Origin: a virus | Lineage: Duplodnaviria; Caudoviricetes | DNA: 64,000 nucleotides | IMG/VR virus record: IMGVR_UViG_3300014047_000002 | Coordinates: 35,129-99,128 of that record | Strand: one strand, 5' to 3' | Shown here: positions 61,501 through 64,000 of the stretch, one piece after another | Layout: each line of letters starts with the position of its first letter | How positions within the stretch are numbered: the stretch's first letter is position 1 | The notes under the pieces: model-generated | Database searches by the model: none | Seen by the model: only the letters and a program-made list of their open reading frames with translations | Told to the model about the DNA's origin: nothing | Position numbers and translations under genes: made by a program

Positions 61501-63169
61501 TAATCAAGCATTTAAAGATGATATTATATTATTCACTTCTTATCATAAAGCATGTGGCGACAAACGCGTTTTATATAATATATTAACAAGGTTATATGAA
61601 AATAGTTATACATTTAATGATACTATTAATATAGCTGTTAACCATTTAGGAAATTATAATGTATAGGTAAATGTTTTTGACAAATATAATCATATATTTG
61701 TCAATAATGGATTAAGCAGTTTAAATTTAATAACTAAACCTATCGGATATAATATTATTGTTAATCAAGAAAATAGTAATAATACAATGGATTTCTACCG
61801 CTATAATCGTAATGGTTCATTATTAAATGTAGAAGATAAAGAACTTTTAACATCTATGTATGATATACCAAAAGCACCGATGTCATACCGTATATATGAT
61901 ATATAGCATGATTTCGAAAATAATACTATATTATACGACAATATAACATATGCTATTGATACTCCTAAAAATAATGATTATTTAATAATTAGCAATTTAT
62001 CAGAAATTTGTACAAAAATTTCTAGTTTAGAAAATTATACATATTTGTATATGCTTGATGAAAATCCTGATAGAATGGATGTTTTTAGTGAGGGCTCTGT
62101 TATTAATATTATTATATATGATAATATTTTACATAAAGATGTTGATGTAATAGGTCCATATACAATATATGCATCATATAAATAGAAATCTGAAACGGAT
62201 GTTAATTATGAAGATGATTCATATCTTATTATCAATAATAAAGAATTAAGAAACCTTTTAGCTCCTTATCAATTAAAAATATAGAAAGGAAAATATACAG
62301 CATATATAATAAACATTTCTAAATATTTAATCGAGCCAGAAAATGTAATTAATAATTATGAAGAAAACCTTTCATTATTAAAAATTAATTTTAGAGGAAA
62401 CAAATTATTCAATGTAGGAGATGTTATAAAATTAACATATACAAAATATCCTGAATATGAATCTATTGATAATGAAAAAATAGGAACTATCAGTAATGAA
62501 GTAACTTATCGAGTATTAGAAACATATGTAGATAATGGGATGTCTTGTTTAATGCTTAATGGTATTGTTGATACATTCTTAATAGAATAGTCTGATATAA
62601 AAACATATATAAGTTATCCATATGAAAAATCTGTACATTATGCAGTAAAAGTCGTCGGTGATGCTACTGAATATTCTGTTAATGTTGGCTATAAAGGCTA
62701 TAGAACGCAGAAAACAAAATTAAAATATAATCCATAGCGTTTATTTATGGGTGACTATATAGATAATACATTTAGTGGTTATGTTTATGACTTTGATTTC
62801 TATGATATGGAGAATTTATGGTTTAATATAGATTTATTTGAAAATGAGGATTTATACAAATATGAGGATTTCCCTATAACCGTTAATAAAGGAAGGCATG
62901 TAATAGTATAGCCAGATATAACAAATGCAACATTCTTAGAAACTCAACAATATAAATGGAAATGGTCAACATCTATTATTGATGATCCTGATAATAATGA
63001 AGGCTTTATTAATACATATGAAGATTCTGTAATATTACGTTCAATTAATAATATTCTCACTATTAATACAGAATATTTAGGTGTTAATAATATTGAATTA
63101 TAGGCAATAGATAATTATGGTAATAGATTGATTAATAAAGGCGAAGGTAAATTATATGTAAAAGAGTGA
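58556..63169 (+). CDS. large baseplate-associated protein, 1537 aa
   Basis: Fragments in one frame; IFPYVGTYKALKNAIKFLGY resembles baseplate wedge (gp7/gpI-like) motif. Confidence 0.7.
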
Positions 63170-63170
63170 A

Positions 63171-63899
63171 TCATTCTTCTGATTCACTCTTATTTTTTTC
63201 TTCATAATATTTTGCCATTAATGCTTTTCTTTTCTTCTCTGCAAGCATCTTAGTAACTTCATCAGTACCACTAATAATATTGCTTTCATTATTTTGCGGC
63301 TCTACTTCTGATGAATCCATTATTCGAGGATTTCCGGAACCATTGCTTATTGCTTTATTTGCTCCAGAATTTATATAATCATCTTCTTCATCTTTATGTT
63401 GCATATCAAGATAAGTATCAATATAATATTTCCTGAATTGATTCTGCATATTTGTTATTTTTTCTCCAAGCTCTTCTAATGACTTCGACATTTTTTCAAA
63501 AGCATCAAAACGTTTTGCTTCAGTTTCTCCTCGAGCAATAGTTTCCATTAATGCCTGGTGAACAACTTCTTTCTTTTTATATTGATAATAAAGGTTTCCT
63601 AATTGTTCTGCATCCTAATTAATTTTATCCTTTATTAATGCAGAATTCTATAATGATTCTGGAACAACTTCTTTAACAATAATGGTTATTGAATCTTTTG
63701 CTTTTTTAATAGCCTGTCTTTGTTCGCTTTTATAATTCATTTCAAATATAGGTTCTGGATCCTATAACTCTTCTGGTATAGAATCCTCATAGCTCATTCC
63801 GCCTGGAGACATACCTGGTGATGGTGCGGTTCCAAATCCACCATTAGCAGTAGAGCCTATTAAACCCGATAATTGTGATGATAAATCTTTAGCTTTCAT
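63171..63899 (-). CDS. hypothetical protein, 242 aa (weak resemblance to terminase small subunit)
   Basis: Extended through TAGs to MKAKDLSSQL; helical core; function uncertain. Confidence 0.6.
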
Positions 63900-64000
63900 T
63901 ATTAATCAATTATTGTTTTCACTTATTGTATTTATTTAATAAAAAATCTATGATATTATTCATATTCATAAACGTACGCTTATAATTCTTTATGAATATT

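Noticed and set aside
22952-63169. Pseudogene decay of structural genes
   Set aside because: Fragments stay in frame and are broken only by TAG, which recoding explains.

Overview
Very AT-rich segment of a T4-like jumbo/mega bacteriophage that reads TAG as an amino acid (most likely Gln, translation table 15). The combination of recoding, a dense tRNA array and a Bacteroidota-type promoter resembles Lak-type Prevotella megaphages; that taxonomic call is an inference. Four blocks. (1) 1-8.2 kb, minus strand: an RNA-gene region with about 12 tRNAs, about 6 aberrant tRNA-like RNAs, a group I intron in tRNA-Tyr, a free-standing HNH nuclease, two tRNA introns that each contain their own tRNA-like acceptor/T-arm module, and a circularly permuted tRNA-like RNA flanked by hexamer repeats. 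It sits behind a leader-peptide attenuator that contains a TAG codon. (2) 8.3-13.3 kb: TAG-recoded glycosyltransferases, a hypothetical protein and a gp4-like head-completion nuclease. (3) 13.3-21.7 kb: a TAG-free (probably early) minus-strand operon with an OFA-family MFS transporter, RtcB and an RNA-repair-type HAD phosphatase. (4) 21.8-64 kb: large TAG-recoded late/virion genes (tail fibres, baseplate gp6/gp25-like, gp2-like, RuvC-like) behind ATAAATA late-promoter motifs. The supplied ORF track fragments these genes because it treats TAG as stop; coordinates here are re-joined under code 15 by frame arithmetic, and I did not check every codon of the longest joins. The best candidates for an undescribed system are the tRNA-within-tRNA introns (possibly RtcB-spliced), the permuted tRNA-like RNA with its upstream 267-aa gene, and the TAG-containing attenuator.
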